A stretch of DNA of 64,000 bases from Bugula neritina (taxonomy: Eukaryota > Animalia > Bryozoa): the NCBI GenBank assembly GCA_964035545.1, contig OZ037766.1, positions 16,048,722-16,112,721 of the forward strand, in the 5' to 3' direction. Made by a program: the position numbers and the translations under genes. Of this stretch, positions 1-12,864 are shown piece by piece. Position 1 is the first letter of the stretch. Every line of letters begins with the position of its first letter. Below the pieces are notes generated by a model. It had not been told where the DNA came from. It searched no databases and worked only from the letters and a program-made list of their open reading frames with translations.

Positions 1-401
1 TGTTGTGCATATATATTTTAATGAGCCTGAATTTTGCTCTCAGGTTGACTATATTATTATAATTTTACCTGTTTGTCATTTTATTTATTCACTTATAAAC
101 AAACATACTTGTTTTTGTTTTCAAAGGAGTATGCATGTAAAACTGAGTTTATTACTTATGTTTTCAAACAATTGTAACAGATACTCTTTCAAAATCATTT
201 CATTGAAATTGTTTTCAATGCATGATTATTTTTTTAATAAAGAGAAATACATTTAATATTTTACTGGAATTTGAGATATATGTATTTTTTGGCACTGTTG
301 CAAAATTCACTTCAAGTTATTCTATGTTTGCAATGTTGAATAATTTAAAGCTATAAAATTAAGTTTAAGTTAAAATATTGGATTATATTTCATAATTGTA
401 G

Positions 402-2861
402 TGTATATGATGTTTAGCATTATGACAATGCTTAGTTTGCTCAGAGCTTCCTTGTCACATCCAGGCAGAGTTCCGCAATATGTAGGATCTATGGGTGAGC
501 TTATTTTGCTGCCTCTGTAATATATATTATTTCACCGCTATTAATAGTTTATACTAAAAACTTCAGCTTTTCATTCAGTCTACTAGTGATTGATGAATAT
601 ATTAGAAGTACCATTTATTTCTGTATCCCGATAAGATATTAGACTGACCACATGTTTACTGTGTATTGAAGACTATAACTCACTATAACTATAACAACTT
701 TGGTTGGCAAAAAGATTGCATTCTCACTTTTGAAGCTCTTAAAAATCAAAGCCTTGTTTGTTTACTCTGTTATACCGTAACACATTTGGATATGGGAAAG
801 ATTATCTTCTTAACCTCTGTGAGTCTCATTGTTTTAGCGTCATATTTATTGTTCTTGAGTGCCCTAAAATTGTATTTTAGAATTGGCTTAAAACAAGATT
901 GTTTAAATAAAATTTATAATAGAATAGCACTAAAAGTGACTAGAAGACCTCGTGTAAAGTTCACTCACAGTCTGGTGTAGTCTCACAGCTCTCTAGTGAA
1001 GTCCTTGTTTGTGCAGATCAAGCTGATTGGCAGTACTGTGATAAATGTAGCCACAAACGTCCCCCTCGAAGCCACCACTGTTCAAGATGTGGTCACTGTG
1101 TTACCATGATGGACCATCACTGCCCATGGTAAGTGTACCATGCAGTTGCTCATGGTAGCTATGTTATGGGATTACTACAGTAACTACTGCAGCGAAGGTT
1201 AAGTCGAATGTATATAATAGTTCTTGCTATTTTACATCAGTTGTGTCCCCACCCAATACCACATTGGTTAATTTATGCATCTGTGCTGTAGGATTAATAA
1301 CTGTGTGGGGCAGGACAACCGTTTTGCCTTTCTACAACTGATATTTTACACCATGGGGCTTAGTGTAAGTGCTCTGGCCTTCTGTGGAACTAAGTCTTAC
1401 AAACTACCACCGTGTCCAGAGAAGTATTGTCCTACAGTAAGTAGTTTAAATGTGTATGTAAATGTTTTGTAAAATTCTTATTGTAACAATATTCTATTAT
1501 ATTATACTGTATAGCATCTTGCCTAGTAGTAAGACACATGCTGTACCTTCTTGTGTGTTGTTTGTATAATTTTAGGATAGCTGGTTTGTAGAACATGAGC
1601 ACGGCTTGCTCGTCGCATCATATGTAATGTCTACTCTCATGGCCGTTGGTATAACTGCTTTGTCTTGTGGACAGCATTTCTCTGTTGCCCTGGTATGATA
1701 TTACCATAACATTTTATAGTAAAATATGTTACAATTATAATGTACTAAATCTGAACTTGGGTGTTTACTTTTTAATGCAACAATAAATCAGATAGTTTGT
1801 TTTACAGTTTACATGATGCTTTTGAAGTACGGTAGTGCAAATCCATCAAAATCTTGGAACATATACTCATTTGAGTTAGTTTCAGTCTTCGGCATTTTAT
1901 TTGATTTATTATTTTTGGTTATACATCATTTTATTTTTTAGTCGGCTTTTATGAATTTTCAGTTTTTTAGCTACTGTATTATATCCTATTTATATTTCTT
2001 ATATGTTTTAGGATGTAACTACTATAGAATCTATGATTTCCAAAAACCCTCTGGAGTAAGTATTGGTCAATGTTATGATTTGCTTTCTATTTCTCAGACT
2101 TCAACCCACTTATTGGCAACACAACTCCAACATAATGTAAATCATTACGGGAAAATAACTCCAATTTAAAGATTTGCTCTCGCAATAAATTTGTTTTAAA
2201 CATAATAATGCTTTAAATAACTCTATTGAGAAAGTATTTTTTAGATTGGAGTTATCTTTACTTGAACATAATTTACATTATAAGGTAGTTACATCCACTG
2301 AACTATAACTATAGTTTCAGTTCAGTGGTTACACCATACCGTAAACACACAAGACACAAAGTAACAGAGTTGCAACATCTACAGATCAATCTTTTATTAT
2401 TACTGGCCCCTCCCCATTTGAGCTCAGTCCAGCGAATCAAATAGCAGCATAATTACTATATAATAATTACATTATAATTGGAGTGCATAACAATATTGGT
2501 CTGCCAGGTATAGAGCTCTACATTACTTTAGCCTGTGCAACAGTTTAGATAAGTGGTGTTAACAAAATGAAATCTCTAGCCATTTATGAATTAAAAAATA
2601 TGCTGTTTTGCTAACTTTTGAAACTAGTTTCTTGTATATATAATGTTGTGATTAATACCATATTAAGTAGGACTTATAGAACCAGTTAGATATAATGATA
2701 TCTGTTGGTGTGTTTATAGCCTGTACATGTCTCGTCCAGAAAGACCCATGAAGTACCGATATGATGAGCTGTGTGGTACAAAGAATGTTTTGCTATGGCT
2801 GTGGCCTTGTCGTAGCCGACTGCAGAATAAGCAGCTGCTGTATGACCCTCACATAGTTTAG
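402..2861 (+). CDS. ZDHHC21: DHHC palmitoyltransferase, ZDHHC21-like (5' end upstream of window); exons 402-494, 1017-1128, 1292-1436, 1576-1692, 2012-2055, 2720-2861
   Basis: Phase-consistent GT-AG exons translate to ...[12 protein letters not shown]...[43 protein letters not shown]...DVTTIE...[31 protein letters not shown]. This has the DHHC cysteine-rich domain, the TTxE motif and a short C-terminus resembling ZDHHC21. Confidence 0.9.
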
Positions 2862-4039
2862 TTTGAATGCAATTAATTTTGCGTGAGTGATCAAACAGAT
2901 TTGATGTAAAAAAGAAATTTTCAAGTGTTGCATTTCTGGTGATTGTAAATCTTTACGAAATGAATTGTAGTGTGTAAGTTGCAAGCCAGCTATTTTATGC
3001 TTCAAGTTTCCTATTGCTACGCGAGTTCATATGAATGCTCAATTTGTCTGTAGAGTGTAAATGTTTTCATACTAATGTTCTATTCTTTATATTATTGAAA
3101 GAACTGTATCTCTTTTTTTTACTCATGCTAGGTGCATCAGTCTATAAACCTAAACTTACTGTGCAAGTTTCTATAACAATCCTTATAGGCCCCGTAAATA
3201 TTTTTGATGTGACTCAATATTTGTAAAGCTATCATGTAACATCTTTATTTGAAAAACTTGGTGATGGCTTTGCCATAATTTATATCCTAAACTTTAGACA
3301 TGGTGTTTTAAGCTGTTGTAATGTGATATAGGTATATAAAAATCGATATTACTACTTATGTCTTCCTATTTCTTATGCTAAGCCAATAGAAAACAAGTTT
3401 TTTTTAGAAATGAGCAATCATAAGATCCTGCATTGTTACGTCTCAAAATGCAGTATTCTATATACTATTGTTTGTAAAATATATAAATTTATTCTAATGT
3501 TGCAATTGAGGAATGATGTTGTGTTTGGGATGAAAAGAAGTTATTAATTAATAGAAAACTTCTTTACTAATCTCTCATGATACAAGATGTTTTAATTATG
3601 ACTGTCAAAATTTGTTTTTGGCCCATGTATTGTTCATTGCAATCATAGAGTGCTAGATAATCTATGAAATGGTAAAATCATATAAGTTGAGTCTTCCTAT
3701 AGTTTTTTTTTTAAGTTGTTTAATAAGTACCTACTTCTAACAAATTGTATATTGTAGTAAAAGTCTATAAGAATATTTGACATCACAAAACAGCTTTATA
3801 ATTCAAAAATATATAATACCGCTCAATAACAGTGTATTTCTATAGACACGACTAGGCAAATAAATTTTAAAGGCACAATTCATTGCAAATAATAATGATG
3901 TCAGCCTTGCAACAGCAACAACTTGTCTCCAATTTTGTTGATGTCTACTTATTATATAACCAGTATTTACACTGAATTTCACGCGTTTTCAATTGCGTGA
4001 TATGTAATAATCAAGCAATTAACTTGTTTCAGAGAGTTG

Positions 4040-4160
4040 TCCTTTTCCCAATGAATTATTACAATGTCAAATCGCGCCTGATTGGATTATTAAAACAAGT
4101 CATGTGATAATCACGTGCCAACAATGTTGATTGAAAATCAACAAGTTTCAGTTTGTAAGT
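4040..4160 (+). promoter_or_regulatory. Probable LRMDA promoter / non-coding first exon
   Basis: Locally CpG-containing patch with reverse CCAAT (GATTGG ~4080), E-box TCACGTG (4111-4117) and a GTAAGT donor at ~4155, upstream of the coding ATG at 4654. Inferred, no transcript data. Confidence 0.4.
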
Positions 4161-4653
4161 AATAAAGTTTTAGTTTTAACCTTGGACATATTGATATATC
4201 ACCATTGAATTTAGAAATAAAACTGAAGCTACCTTAAACATACAACTATAGTAGCTTTATTTTAGTAGACGTTAGTTTAAAGTGGTGCATAATTTTAATT
4301 TCAACTTTGTGATATTGATCAACTTCAAGCACTAGGTCTAGACTAGTACAGTACTAGTAGTAGTAGTAGTAGATAAAATTCAAATTGTATCAATAAATAT
4401 ATTCATGAAATGTTAATATAATTGATTATTAAATTTAATAAATAATTATATAATTCAATTTGACTTTTGTTGGGAAACCTCAAAATTAGTGAAATATTAG
4501 GAACCAGGTACTACCTTTTTTGTGGTAAATTATAATAGTAACTACTGATTACTATCAGTATCACTGTATCAGTATCACTATAAGTATTGTATTAGTATTT
4601 CTACTGGTATGATTTTAGCTTGAATTGAAACTAAGACTAGGTTAGAGTATCGT

Positions 4654-7600
4654 ATGGCTAAAAGTAGGCAGGAAGAGGTTACTACTGAAACTCCAAGCCT
4701 CGAGCCAGTACTTGATGGGACAAGGGTGAGTAAGTGTAAGTTACTAGAAGTAAGTTATGCTTATACTTATACTATAACTTATAGTTATAGTAAACTTATA
4801 CTTATAGTTAGCACTCAACAGTAACTCAGCATGAGAGTTCATGACAAGGATGATATTACTAATAAATATTTTGATCTATTAATTTTTCCCATTATTATTA
4901 TGTTTTACAATGATGAAATACTCAGTGATCATTTGGACTTTAGAGTTTAGATAATTAGTGCAATCGCCCTGAGGCTTAACATAGACTGTTATAATAATCA
5001 GGATAATAAATAATAATGCTTATAGATTTAGTGATGGTAAATATTCTCATCAGCCCTACATTAACATCATTAGACTTAGTCCTCTGTTATGGGTATGATG
5101 CCCATACTAGTGAACCGTGATTGGTGTTAGGCTACTGAGTATTACTATTAGTATCACTATCACTGTGATTGAAAGTATCAGTATAGCTAGGTAAGCTAGC
5201 TAGCATAGCGATATCGATATTGTTTATGATGATCAAAATTTCTCATTGTCAATATAAGTCTTTGTGTGTGAATGTTTGCATTACCTGTTGAACTTAGTTT
5301 ATACGACAATCTTATTTTACAAACGGTGCAGTAAATGTTTTGCTATTAAATTTAGAATTGTTTTGATATCATCAATAAGTTGACAATTGTATAGATAAGT
5401 AGTTTTTACAACTGCTGGAAGGCGACTTCATTTTTTTCGACTCTCCCATCACACAGCAGACGCTGCTGAGTGTGTCAATTCATGTATGAGTAACTATTTA
5501 AATTTTAAAGTATTAGCTGATTCCAGCAAGAGTATTTATTGAAATAGTAGCATATTTACTTCCTCAATTCTGAGTAGTGTCATTCAATCTAAAATCTGGT
5601 ATTTGATTTTTGGAAATTCCAATCACTAAAAGGAAGACTCTCACCAAAGTTTTGCACACTCAACCCACTTTAATGTCATATCCTAATGCTTTTATTTCTT
5701 TTTTGTTTGTTTCAATTTGACTAAAAATTGTTAGAAACCACTATGCTGATAACTGTTCTAAAGTTCCATTCTATCATTTTCCATACTTGGTTTAGCTTGC
5801 AAATAACATTAAAAACGTGGCAAATTTCTTTTTTCATTAAACTTACTAGATTTATAAGAGCTTTCTAATTATCAAGAAAAACATGTGCTCATAAAATCAT
5901 CATTGACAAATAAATATGAGCTGCACATAAAACACTGCTAGAATATTAGTTGTTTACTATTTTTAGTTGTCAAGGTTAAATGGGTTGTAACTCAATTAAA
6001 TTAGATTATTGATTTCATAAATTATAACTACAATTTTAAATAATTCCAGTAAAATACTTATAGATATGTTGTTACCTAAGATGATGATGCTGTGCTTTCT
6101 CTTCTTCTCACATCACTTAACATTAACATTATTATCTTTCATTTTTATTGTATTTGGTACTCATATATTTTGTCATTTTATAAATTTGTTAGTCTTGTTT
6201 TGCAATATTAATAGCTAATTTCAATGTTTGTAGATATTTTTATGTTGTTTCATTTAATTGCAATTTTGCATTTTTTCTATTTGCCATAGTTATTGTATAT
6301 AATATTTGCTTTAGTTATATTGTGTATATTTGTCATAGTTATTGCTTATTGCAGCTGATTTTTGCTGGAAGAGATTGTTATTTGATTCCTGAAGAGCTCT
6401 ACAGCTATGCTTCAACAACAAAGTCTTTAGACCTCACGTTCAACTGCATCAAGTATTTAGCCTATACATAACTTATTATTCTCTAAGATGAATAAAACTT
6501 GATCCCCTGGCTAGTTGTGTTAGTAAATATCAACCATTTACTGCAATATTAGAAAAATCCAATCTGAATTACACCTCTATACCAAACCAATAGCCTTTGT
6601 GCTTAAACCAGTTAAGATATCATATTTCTGTGAAACAGTCAAGATAGGAAACAATTTATCTCTTAAAAAATTTTATGATCAACTCTGGATTCAATTTTTG
6701 CCTTCATTATGTTTGGTCAAGCGTCATGAGTTTGGTTAATACGTCAACTTTGCCAAGTTCTTGCATTATAACAATAACTTAGCCTACTTTTGTTATAGCT
6801 CACAGCCAGCAGAAGTAGTTAACCTTTTTATCCATTGGCATTTAAAAATTGCTTTTTGCATTAAATTCCTCACTCAAATAAATCTTCAGTGTTTCAAGTA
6901 AAATCTTTACTTTTTGTAATTCTGTTAGAGATCATTCATTTGATTGCATAGTATAATTATATTGGAATCTAGTAAAGATTACATTGCTAATGGAAAGTGA
7001 TTTTTGTCATCATCAAATTGATCTTGGCAAGTTTTGATAAAGCTATAAAAGGGTGCCCGGCTAAGTTAAATTATCTAAAATCTGGCACTTCCTAGGAAGA
7101 GCATTAATGCACTTTAAGATTTTTGATATGTTGAAAATAACCCGATTTTGTACAAACTTTACGAATTGTCATATATTGATGCCATAACTTGTTTAAGAGT
7201 TTTGATATAAATGTGCTACAACATATTGCCAGTGTTTTTTAAACAATGGTTGTTTATAAACTTTATCAATATATTGTCTAAACTCTACAATAATAATAGA
7301 TATATTATTTATGTTTTAGCGATTTGGTAGGAATAGAAAAGTTCTCCGTCACATTAGAAGAGTTGATTTTGGATAATAATGAAATAACTGAAAACACATC
7401 TTTTCCACTGCTTAGTAGCCTGCAACTTCTTTCCCTGTGCAATAATAAAGTATCCTTTGTAAAGCAATGTATAGTGTAGCATCATTTCTTATTGACATGT
7501 GTATTAAGATGTTTCTATATTATTTAGTTTTTGTTTGTATTATTTGGCATCTAATCATATAGAACAACTGAATCTTGCAGGTAATTTCTCTTGCCAGTGT

Positions 7601-10600
7601 TACTGCCTTGCTTTTCATTAAAAGTGTAAAGTGTTCATATTATTATGTAGATGGCAGTTGGCTGAACATTGAGTCATTTACACTGGTTGGTGATAAAAAG
7701 GTCATGGGTCACTACAAACTGTTGACTGTCACTTGAAATTCGCAAATTAAATTAGTCATACTTGCTTCCTTCTTTGCCAGTATAAATTGTATCCTTATCA
7801 CTTATGAAAAAGATATCTGATTTATATCAGTTCATCGACGAAGTTGAAAATAAGTTACCAAAGTTAGCATATCTCAGTTTGCTGGGTAACAAAGCATGTC
7901 CGGACTCCCTCACTCAATCGGACTGTGATGAGAGTGATTACGAGAGATACAGGTAGGAAAGTTTAGCATGTACAATGCTATTGTTGTGATAATAAGCATT
8001 GTGTAATATATCGCAAAGCAGCCGTTAGTCTACGCTTCTCTTGCTTGCTACGTGCTCCAGCAAGATTCACTAGTCTAAAATAACTGCCCTCTCACCGTGT
8101 TGGTTTTGTGTTGAAAAGTCAGCATGTTCTAAAACAAAGATCACAGTCCACCACAAGGATCCAACAACATTGTTTTTCACTAAGACGAGTGCCACATTAG
8201 ACAGATTTCCACACTCACCACTAGCCAAAATTTTGTACTCGCAGATAATTTGTACGAATTTCATATGGTCAAAATACCCAATGTCCAGTGCGAGACCCTT
8301 TTGCAGAAGTCATTTTATTGGCTGATCAATATTTTCAAGTTTATTTTTTAATTTTCAGCAATTTTTTTCTACTTTCACAGCATTATAGTGCAAATTTATT
8401 CGGGCATCGCCATGGAAACAAAAGCGATGTAGGTTCGCAGTAAATTTATCATTCGCTAGTTAGTTTTAGTTCCTGCTGACAACGCATTGTGTGTGGCAGA
8501 TAGCTCCTGCAGAAGATATTTACGCAGCTGGTTTCGCACTAGGGATTTTGTCTAATGTGGTCTTAGACTAAGAGGTGGCTACAAACATAACTGCATTTAC
8601 ATATACATCTTGTATTGCAGGGCAATGATATGCAAATCATTTTAATGTGAGGTTGTTTTTGTAGTCACTTCCTGGTATCGGGTTTTAATATAGAACTAAC
8701 AAGTGTAATCTGTCCTAAAACAGCTTTTCCTTTATTAGAAGTTAGAGTAAGTTTTTAGCATCAGTACAACACAGAGCTCATAGTTGTGATTTTTATACTC
8801 TATAGCAGGGGTAGGCAACCGGGGTCCCCAGGGCCACCTGTGGCCCTTTGCCCGTTTTTCAGTGGCCCTGTTAATGCTGAAGGTAAGTAAAAACTGGTAT
8901 ATGCATTCTGCTTAGCACAGCATGGGTCTGGTGGAAAATTACTTTAATATAATAAAATTTGATATGTTTACAATCATGTGACCCTTCGTTTTGTCTGACT
9001 TCTGAAGTTGCCCATCCCTGCTCTGTAGTCTATACCACACCATTACATAGGCCTAACTTTATTTTGTAGAAAATATGTTGTGTACAAGTTTCCTCATCTG
9101 AAGTTCTTAGATTCAAAGCCTGTGACAGCAAAAGAAAAAAAAGAAGCAAAAAGAACTGGAAAGTATTTAAGGGTGGTGAAGCCTGCATCAGTTGAATCTG
9201 AGGTGACCATCACAAGAAGTAATGGAGTGTTAAATTATAGCCCTGAAGGTTGACTGCGACTCGATCATGACTGACTATTAGTTAACAGACACCATTATAG
9301 TCATGATTTAGTACTTAGGGCTCTGGTTTAGTAAACACGAGTCAGCAATTAAAATCCTGCTAAACCGTTATGACAATTTGTGATGTTAGGAAAGCATTTA
9401 GTTATAATTGCTCCTGTGCCACATATGAAAAAGTCCTTAGCCTGCTTAAAAACTTCTTTCCATTGGGAGTTTGTTCTCGCAGAGATTTTGACTATAAACC
9501 CACATGAGTTCCTTTATTACAATTATATAACCTTGTAATTCATTAGATTATTTCACTAGGATGAAAACGCATCTTATGGGGAATCGGCTCGGCGTCCTCT
9601 TGATTACAAACCATTACCTGATGATTCGCCTTTGACATTTAAAGGAACCCCACCTGCTGCAGGTAACAGCTTTACTCAACATATTGTATAATAAGCATTT
9701 GTAGTCATATTACTAGCCATCAAGCTGTTATAAAGTTAATAAATAAGGTTGACCCTCAAACTTCAAAGCCTTTGTTTTTCTTGATAAGTTTCTGCCATAT
9801 GGAGCTAGTTTCTGTGCTAGAACGGAACGAAATTTTTTGTTTTTCTTATGAATTATCTAAAAAGCACTTACTCAATATATTTATTTTGCATTGAATAATT
9901 AGTTATGGTAAATAAAACATATAAATCAAGATCTCATTTGCTATTATTATAGTACAGAGTAAATTTATTAAAAAAGGGGTTCAACTCGGTTTCCATCATT
10001 TATGTAATAAAATAGGACATATAGAAGGTCAAATAACAATGTCATATTTGAGACGTGTTAGGAATAAAATTATTTATGTTGAATTTATTGTAGCAACCAG
10101 AGTATTTATAAGCTGTTTATAAATGCTGTTGAAGAATTAGTAATGAAATCATAATGTTTATCTCACAGTTATAAATTTATTAAAAATTATTTATGTATGG
10201 CCGGCATATAATTATTGCCACATAAGCTTTAGTGCAGTCTCAGCTATAAATTTATATCATTCGGAGATTTCATGTCTTTAAATAAATTTGATTCCATAAT
10301 AAGAAAATGGTTTTAGTGAAAAGTTGTTTAGTTATTATACTCCATGTAACTATTCCTTAAATGTATATATTTTGCAGATAAGCTTATTCTCGGTTAGTAA
10401 TTATGGACACGTTGCAATAAAACTGTGAAATATGGATTTTTAGAAAGTTTAAGGTTTCCCAAAATTGTTGAATTTATTTTGGAAATAACTGAGTCAACTT
10501 GAAAAATCAAACTATCCTAAGTTTAAAGCAATCGACTCTAGTGATTCTAAAAATCTAAAAGTGAATATTTAGTAATTATTAAAGTTGTAGTAAAGATAAT

Positions 10601-11426
10601 AGGATAGTATAAAAGATTCCTTACAGTGCGACAATTTCCTCAGTTTCACAGATTTACTGTAACATGACATATATATGTGTCTCTAGACGTGTGTCCTAGC
10701 TTTCTGTGTTGACCTGCTATGCAGCTTGTAGGCAGTTTCTAGTAATTATGTTGAGCCATCTTCTAACACTCTCTAAGCATGCTCTTTCAACATAGTTGAC
10801 TTCCAGTTGACAAATAGGCTGGTGTTTCACCTTAAACTGACCGCCCTGCTTGCTCCTAACTGCTATAGTTTTGAACTTTTTGGCTTTCAAACATTAATGG
10901 TTGACTAATTTGAAAATAAAAAAATAATACTACCTGGTATTTTATACCAGTTGCTTAGTCAATACTCAATAGATTATTATATGATGTAAAAAAGCATATT
11001 TTTTGTGCATATTTTGGCTGTCTTGAGTTTTAACTTTTCATTCTCTTGGAATTTTAGAGTTATATTCATAAATACATTATTTATGCCCATATAAATTGGT
11101 GAAATATTTTATTTTAAATTTGAGTGTTTGTTAGCTATATTGTAGAAAATAAATTGTTCATGTTCTCAACTGCCATCACTGCATGTATATACGTTGAGTT
11201 AAGGAGAAAAGCATGTGCACCTGCTTTTATATGTTGTTTAGTTGTATGAACCTTTCATGTGGATATTTCTGGTATAAGATATATTCAGTCTTGCACTTTA
11301 CTAGAGTATGTTTCAATTTTAATTTGTTATCTACTTTTTTTAACAGGTACATTTAAGAAAGCTAAATATGTATATCATGGCAAGCACTCTGAAGGTAACA
11401 GATTTATTCGAAACAATGACTTATAG
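4654..11426 (+). CDS. LRMDA: Leucine-rich melanocyte differentiation-associated protein (LRMDA/C10orf11) orthologue, 251 aa; exons 4654-4725, 6355-6452, 7320-7449, 7813-7952, 9070-9202, 9560-9662, 11347-11426
   Basis: Spliced ORF of 756 nt with LRRs (SLDLTFNCI, LEELILDNNEI, LQLLSLCNNKISDL, LAYLSLLGNKACP), an LRRcap (DYERYRKYVVYKFPHLKFLD) and the diagnostic C-terminus KYVYHGKHSEGNRFIRNNDL*. Confidence 0.93.
4755..4810 (+). repeat. TTATA(C/G) hexamer array at the start of LRMDA intron 1
   Basis: ttatgcttatacttatactataacttatagttatagtaaacttatacttatagtta. Confidence 0.7.
7450..7812 (+). other. U12-type (minor spliceosome) GT-AG intron in LRMDA
   Basis: The 5' site GTATCCTTT matches the U12 consensus. 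A branch box TCCTTAT lies at 7792-7798, ~15 nt before an AG with no polypyrimidine tract (GAAAAAG). The flanking exons join in frame (NNK|ISDL). Confidence 0.85.
8071..8570. mobile_element. Probable MITE with degenerate terminal and subterminal inverted repeats
   Basis: TAGTCTAAAATAAC (8071) vs GTGGTCTTAGACTA (~8557-8570). CCACATTAGACA (8192) is inverted at 8549-8560, and AGTGCGAGACC (~8287) is inverted (one mismatch) at ~8529-8540. Confidence 0.45.
8806..9020. mobile_element. hAT (Charlie-like) MITE, 215 bp
   Basis: TIRs CAGGGGTAGGCAAC / GTTGCCCATCCCTG match at 12 of 14 positions. Flanked by an 8-bp TSD, CTCTATAG (8798-8805) / CTCTGTAG (9021-9028), with one mismatch. Confidence 0.85.
9316..9502 (+). 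mobile_element. tRNA-derived SINE family, copy 1 (degenerate)
   Basis: Body AGCATTTAGTTATAATTGCTCCTGTGCCACA..GAAAAAGTCCTTAGCCTGCTT..TCTTTCCAT..GACTATA aligns with the copy at 29993-30172. Confidence 0.7.
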
Positions 11427-11742
11427 GTCAGAAATATAGAAGTCAGTAATACAAAAACACTGCAGCAACATTAAAACTGTAGCAATGTAGCACTTATAAA
11501 AGTTTATTTTATTTTCTATGCTATTTTACTATTAATTAAAGTTGTCCTCCCTGGCAATGTGACCTGTCTAGTGCTATTTTGGTATTTCTTCATATTTTCT
11601 CAGGCTGATCCTTATAATATAATATGTTCAGTCACATTTATTGCTCAATTTATTCACTCATTATTTTATGATTATAGAATCTTTTGGCTTATTGATATTT
11701 GTATTGCATTCTTGTAAATTTATAATTCTGTGATGCGGTTTC

Positions 11743-11760
11743 AATAAAGCACAATTTATT
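11743..11760. terminator. Opposed poly(A) signals of LRMDA (+, AATAAA 11743-11748) and the FAM241-like gene (-, 11760-11755)
   Basis: Both hexamers are present, and strand composition switches from T-rich to A-rich here. Confidence 0.55.
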
Positions 11761-11910
11761 AAAATAAACTGATTTTTCAAAATATCCTACAAACTAAGAG
11801 CACCCAACTCCTCAGTGTAATTAAACAAACATTTTTGCAACTTAATTGTAAACGAAAATTAGTATTAAATTAAAATCTTTAATTTGCATTAAATTTATAA
11901 TGAGCAAGTT

Positions 11911-12864
11911 TTAATCGTCGTCATCATCGTATGAGGAAGTGGTAACCTTTGGAGTTGTGGTTGTGATTGGAGAGCTGGAAGTGTATTCTCTAGATGTCGA
12001 GGCAGTGCGGCTGGTGGGACGTCTATTGAACCTTCCTTCTTCACCTATCACAACGTTACATTACCATGAAGAAATATACTAACTGTAAAATAATATTCTC
12101 ATATCATCGTTTAGTAATCAGTTTCTATTCATAAAAAATAGTTACATTTTTTATATACACTGCGTTTCCATGGCTTCACATTATGGGAATAGATGCTTGT
12201 AAGCATGAATTTGTGGTTGCGGTTTGCATTAACTTATTGTTGCGCGTGATTTTATTCCATCCGATTGTTTCCAAACATCAATAAAAAAATCCATATTTCG
12301 AAACTCCAGAAACGCAGTGACAATCATAAAGTATTATATAAAAGTACGTGCTATTTGTACAGACTTTAACTATCAATGTAGTTTTGCAATTCCTATAAAT
12401 ATATAATATTTTGTTTCGATCAGTGTTTTATTCGGCACAAAATGGTAAACTTGGTAGCACTGCCATGAAAGCTTTCAACAACAAAAAACCAATCATAATA
12501 TTTTATTCAATATTATTTGTTGTACAGTAGTGACACCCAGTGAACCTACAATTTTGTATAGACAGTTTTAACAGTTTAGTTATAACGTACCATATCCATT
12601 TGAGTGCATCCAGTCTGACAAGGGTTCTCCATATTCATCAAAGAACTTGTAGAAAACAAACAGAAGTTCAAACAAGGCAAACCATTTTAGTCCAGACATG
12701 AGTAGAGTGAGTAGAAGCCAGAAGGTCATAAGAGGTGGAACTGGCCATTTCACTAGTGTCCATTTGGGGAATCCCAGAGTAGCTAGGACATTATTCATAC
12801 CATATAGAGTTGTCCTCACTTGAGGTGGTAGAAACACCTTATCAAATTTATTCACTATCACCAT
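11911..12864 (-). CDS. Small membrane protein with FAM241/DUF4605-like domain, 135 aa; coding exons 12864-12591 and 12044-11911
   Basis: MNNVLATLGFPKWTLVKWPVPPLMTFWLLLTLLMSGLKWFALFELLFVFY resembles the FAM241 core (LNRQLVNMGFPQWHLGNHAVEP...LLMMLGVRGLLL). A phase-1 GT-AG intron leads to an S/T-rich tail ending YDDDDD*. Confidence 0.72.
12158..12319. mobile_element. Short MITE in the FAM241-like intron
   Basis: Perfect 11-bp terminal inverted repeat CACTGCGTTTC / GAAACGCAGTG. Confidence 0.55.

Noticed and set aside
666-980. 104-aa plus-strand ORF with a hydrophobic stretch
   Set aside because: Lies in a ZDHHC21 intron, has a non-ATG start and AT-rich composition; the flanking exons already join in frame.
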